DNA of 64,000 bases from Eledone cirrhosa. Its lineage: Eukaryota. The notes below the pieces were generated by a model. That model was not told the DNA's origin and did not search any database. It was given only the letters and a program-made list of their open reading frames with translations. A program made the translations under genes and the position numbers. The DNA lies in assembly GCA_964016885.1 (NCBI GenBank), contig OZ024742.1, forward strand, positions 112,468,001 to 112,532,000, in the 5' to 3' direction. Below, piece after piece: positions 59,557 to 64,000 of the stretch. Positions within the stretch are counted from its first letter, which is position 1; the number at the start of each line of letters is the position of its first letter.

Positions 59557-60506
59557 CTAGCAGTAAAGCCCGGCGTTGCTCGGGGTCGCTCAGTAGCTGT
59601 GTTATAGTTACAATGTTAAGTTTCTTTCTTGGCTTAAAAACTGTAGTGTCTACTGTGCAGACTTGCATGTGGTGTTTTTGATTAATATTCCCTCAACCAA
59701 CAATATGCCTTATGAAGTTAAGAAAACATAACGATAACCCGAATGTTATAACAAAAGAGGATGCTGGGGATAGAAACTGCACTGGTTATTTATTAACAAA
59801 GATCGAACATGTAAACACTGCAACGCAGAGAAAAACATTAGCGTAACCAAATTATCAGTTATGTCTGTCTGCACGCCTATATCACCTCTCTGCACGACTA
59901 TCTGTCTGCACGCCTATATCACCTCTCTGCACGACTGTCTGTCTGCACGCCTATATCACCTCTCTGCACGACTGTCTGTCTGCACGCCTATATCACCTCT
60001 CTGCACGACTGTCTGTCTGCACGCGTATATCACCTCTCTGCACGGCTGTCTGTCTGCACGACTGTCTGTCTGCACGCCTAACGACGAAATATTTGCTTGT
60101 TTTACGTAGTCTTTAAATAGACTTGTTTTCAAGTAAAAATATTGTTTTAAAATGCTTTTAAATGGAAATGAAGCAAAACGGAAGCCTAGTGTTCGAACTG
60201 ATGAATTTTGCAGGTCAATATTTTGCTGGCTCGACAACTGTTAAAGCCAGCGTAATTTTTTACGTAAGACGCTCAATCTAAACAGAACAAAGGGAAATAA
60301 CTGATAACTTACGCTCAAAAATCGATACATTATATTCGATTTCGTCACATAGGGTGGGTCAATTTGAAATTTTTTTTTCCGATGTCTTCGCTAGGGCTCA
60401 ATGTACAAGTATAGCAATTTCGGTGCAATTCCGTGAGCGATTCTAAGAGGAGATGTGTGCCAAAAATCGATAGACAGACAGACAACCACAGTTTTATATA
60501 TATAGA
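59557..60506 (-). mobile_element. Complete non-autonomous Helitron (950 bp)
   Basis: Minus strand A|TCTATATATATAAAAC...CCCG-agcaacgc-CGGG-ctttactg-CTAG|T: TC start, subterminal hairpin, CTAG end, A-T target, no TSD. Confidence 0.9.
59863..60080. repeat. 37-bp minisatellite (~5.5 copies) inside the Helitron
   Basis: Unit ctgcacgcctatatcacctctctgcacgactgtctgt; period 37 (59871 to 59908). Confidence 0.9.
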
Positions 60507-60759
60507 TTAAATGCATTACTCTCTGATTTACTAACTGTAAATGATTGCACCAGTTACATCGTTATAGCAAAATCACAATATTTATTGACGGAGCTAAATT
60601 ACATTAAAAATATTTTCACAAATATTGCTCATATAAAAACGGAAGTTAATTTAACTCACACACGCACACATACCTGCATATAGAGAGACACAGGCCCAGA
60701 CACACACACACCTATATAGATTTGCATACACACTAATATATATCTATATGTGTGTGTGT

Positions 60760-60817
<58 letters not shown>

Positions 60818-61540
60818 GTATACACTTACTTATATATATATATAGAGAGAGAGAGAGACACATGTATAATCACGCCAAATTCACCCCACCCCCACCACCA
60901 GTTAGAGCATTGCAATATGGTTTGCGTGACATCGTGTGATATAACCTATATTATAATAAATTATGAGGATCATGCCACCAATGAAATCACAGGAGACAAA
61001 TGAGTTTTTCTATGGTCGTATTATTGGTGAGATACCTAATCCAATTTACGTTTGCCTGCATAATCTAATGTTTATGTAACTATCAAAGCAATTCCATGAG
61101 ACATTCTGTGACCTACTCAATGATTATTTTGGACCTCTGTTTCAACTCTTTCTTTTGATTGTGTTCTAATCAATCCATCACCTTTTGTTTTATTTCGCAT
61201 TTATGTGTGATATGTGCATGCCTCCGTGTGTGTGAATGCATTAATAAAAACGTAGACACCTCTAACATCAATCAAAGGAAGAAATAAGTATTATACATAT
61301 AGACCACTTCTCTTTGAGACAGAAATATGGCTTGAACCTAAACATCTTAGGGTCAAACCTCCTTTCACATTATGCTAAACCCATGTTCAATAACTACTTG
61401 ATTTCCTGGAACTCAGCATATTTAGACAGCAAGTCAACAGCTGCTATAATATGGGTGGTGAAGAACGTGTCCCAAAATTTTGTTGAATAGGATTTCACTG
61501 AAGAGAAGGGAAATTAAGAGGTGGATGAACAAAATTAATG

Positions 61541-61712
61541 CAGGTGAAATTCCGTTATAACGAATACCATTATAACGAATATTTCAGTAAAACGGGTATT
61601 TTTCAATCCCCCGCCATCGCTCGATGTGTTAGGTTGAAATCGTTATAAAGAATGTTTTCATTACTATGATTTGTTTTTAAACCCTGTGAATTTTGCTATA
61701 AATGAATTATCT
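61541..61712. mobile_element. Possible pogo/Tigger-like MITE remnant
   Basis: Repeated (cg)ttataacgaa motifs typical of such TIR regions; degenerate. Confidence 0.35.
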
Positions 61713-61889
61713 AAATTTAGGATGATCACAAGATAAAACTAGCAAATGTGTATAGTCTTTGTTTCCGTAAGCGGAACAGAGTGAAAAATAGGTATGTTAG
61801 TATTTTAGATATGGTATTAGTTCTCAACTGCGTCGGTTCAATTAAGAATATTACCTTTCTTCATGCGTTGCCACTTATCATTTATTATG

Positions 61890-62073
61890 AATTGGCAGTA
61901 TTGGTAGAGGGTTGGACGCCATGCTTTCTAGCATAATTACGTCCATTTACTGTCTTAGTTCAAATCACGTGGAGGTTAACTTTGCCTTTCATCCTTACGG
62001 GGTCGATGAAATAAAGTACCAGTAATATACTGGGTTATTTTCTTGGCCTTGTGCCAAATGTAGAAACAATTAT
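61890..62073 (+). mobile_element. SINE copy
   Basis: Matches the family consensus. Confidence 0.85.
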
Positions 62074-62292
62074 TTTTACCCCCAAATCGGGTATGTAATA
62101 CATTTTGTTGGGTTTAGGATTTTAGATACATGACAAGATCTTTAACGAGTATAGAGTGGGAGCCTAGATTTGAATGACGAAAATCACCAATTTGATTGGA
62201 CAAGCATTCGATACAGATTACTTTTTGGTGTATATATATTACTGTTATTCTATCAAATCCATTATAAAATATATTATTATTTAAGTGGAAGT

Positions 62293-62590
62293 ATGGCAGT
62301 GGATTGGCTGTATCGGTAGAGGATCGGACACCATTATTTGAAGCATAGAGTTATGGTCCTTTAGGATCTGAGTTTAACTTTGGTTAACTTTGCCTTTCAT
62401 ACTTACGGGGTCCATCAAATAAAGCATCAGTAATGCACTCGGGTCGATTTAATTGATTGTTACCTTCCCGTCAAAATTACAGGCCCTGTACCTAAAGTGG
62501 GAATCATTATTTAAGCGGAAGTAGAGTGGTGGATTGGCAGTGTCGGTAGATCATCGGATTCATGCTTTGTGCTCTGAGTTCGAATCCTGT
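62293..62590 (+). mobile_element. Older SINE copy (longer 3' subfamily) plus a partial second head
   Basis: Head ggattggctgtatcggtagagg, core, extra gggtcgatttaattgattg segment. Second head at ~62525-62590. Confidence 0.75.
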
Positions 62591-63949
62591 ATATCTTATG
62601 TATGCATGTATGTATTAGTGGGTCAGTGTGTGAACTTTATGTATTGAGCCTATGTAATTCAGCGGAGGATGTCAACTTTGGCTGATAAGCAGCTATTATC
62701 GATGGACGTCCATAAAACCGCCTAGGAGACATTTTCCTTGATACTCATCTCGAGAAAATACAGAAAACCAGTGTTGAGATTATTTAGAATGTGTAATTAA
62801 AACGCAATATATCCCTGTTTGCATTATGAAATAACAGGAAAATCAATAATTAATTTTGGACACCATCACTTACCTCCATATATATTAATTAAAAGTAAAC
62901 TGTGGCATTTGGCGTATGTGATAGTTATACTTCACGATATATTCAATCATTATAGTTTAGTACTTGATTTTAATATTTTTCTTAAAATAATATGCTAAAC
63001 TCACGCACATCATGGCAAGCACAATATGTTTGGTGAAATGATAAAGCGTAACGTTTCTCGTGTATGAGGTCATATATAGTTAAGTACGAGAATGGATAAT
63101 GCTTGCCATTCTTACTTTTATAAATCATCAAAATACAATGCAGGTGTGTGGTTGTGAAAATGTTGATGTCTATATACGAGTGTGTGTCTTGGTTTATGTA
63201 CACCTGAATATTGTTATATGTGTGATTATAATCATGCATTCATATATTTGTATATTGTAAACATGAGAAATGTGCATCGCACAGAATTGGATTTACTATT
63301 GATGTTTTCGTTCATAGAATCTGTTCTATTGTATTATATTTCTGATCCCGAAATATTATTCATATACGTCATGCCGTCTCTTATGAATTAAACAAGAGAT
63401 TTGGAAGTTTGATTTTATTTCAGACATCGTGCTATTGTGAGACGTAAGTTTTATATCTTCTAAATCAACAAGCAGTAATCAAACCGATGCATATAAAGTT
63501 AATAACGTGATCATGTCAAGCAAGTTAATTTTAATTTACATCAAATATAGGACAAGGCATAGCAATTTCAATTTTGGATTTGTTTTTTATCATTTTGAGA
63601 TTACTTGCATAATCACATTAAAATTTTAATCATTTTCTTCAATGAATTCTATTGTCATGCTTATTATATTTTTAGAGTAATTGCATCCAACTAACGCCGA
63701 AAGCAGTAGATATCGTTGTTGTTGATGATTATTATGATGATGTGCTTGCTGTTGTTACTGTTTCTGTCGTGGATATTGTTGCTGGTGTTGATCTTATTTG
63801 TCCCATATTACCCCTGACTAAGGACACCAATTAGTAAAGTAACTAATCCGTAGAGGTAGCTAAAGAATGCTATATATATATATATGTATGTATGTATGTA
63901 AAAGTTTAACAGAAATAAGAACATAGTCGGCTTGAAATAGCAGGAATAG

Positions 63950-63987
63950 GGTCTTAATGTTTCGGGCGCAAGTCCTTCTTCAGAAGA
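63950..63987 (-). ncRNA. Degenerate minimal hammerhead motif in a probable PLE tail running off the window
   Basis: Minus strand ctt-CTGAAGA-a-ggac ttgc gccc-GAAAC-att-aag, adjacent to (TA)n/(TATG)n. Confidence 0.5.
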
Positions 63988-64000
63988 AAGAATGATAAAT

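Noticed and set aside
59863-60080. Regular 37-bp repeats as a possible CRISPR array
   Set aside because: No unique spacers and no cas genes; eukaryotic context; it is a minisatellite inside a Helitron.

Overview
AT-rich, microsatellite-dense animal genomic DNA with no confidently identifiable host gene. The repeat complement (tRNA-derived SINE family, long (TA)n/(CA)n tracts, abundant Penelope-like elements) suggests a cephalopod such as Octopus; this is an inference. The window is almost entirely mobile-element derived: a decayed ~7-kb RepHel Helitron with both termini visible, two non-autonomous Helitrons, several Penelope-like elements (PLEs) arranged as long inverted repeats, a Tc1/mariner remnant, LINE remnants of several clades and about 10 SINE copies. 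The most interesting signal is non-coding. Three short tandem-repeat units (312, 468 and ~423 bp) each carry a type I hammerhead ribozyme, look like non-LTR retrozymes (candidate circular-RNA replicons) and are inserted with a 5' inversion. Two PLE-tail families carry hammerhead-shaped folds with non-canonical cores conserved across copies. All folds and alignments were done by eye and need computational and biochemical confirmation.
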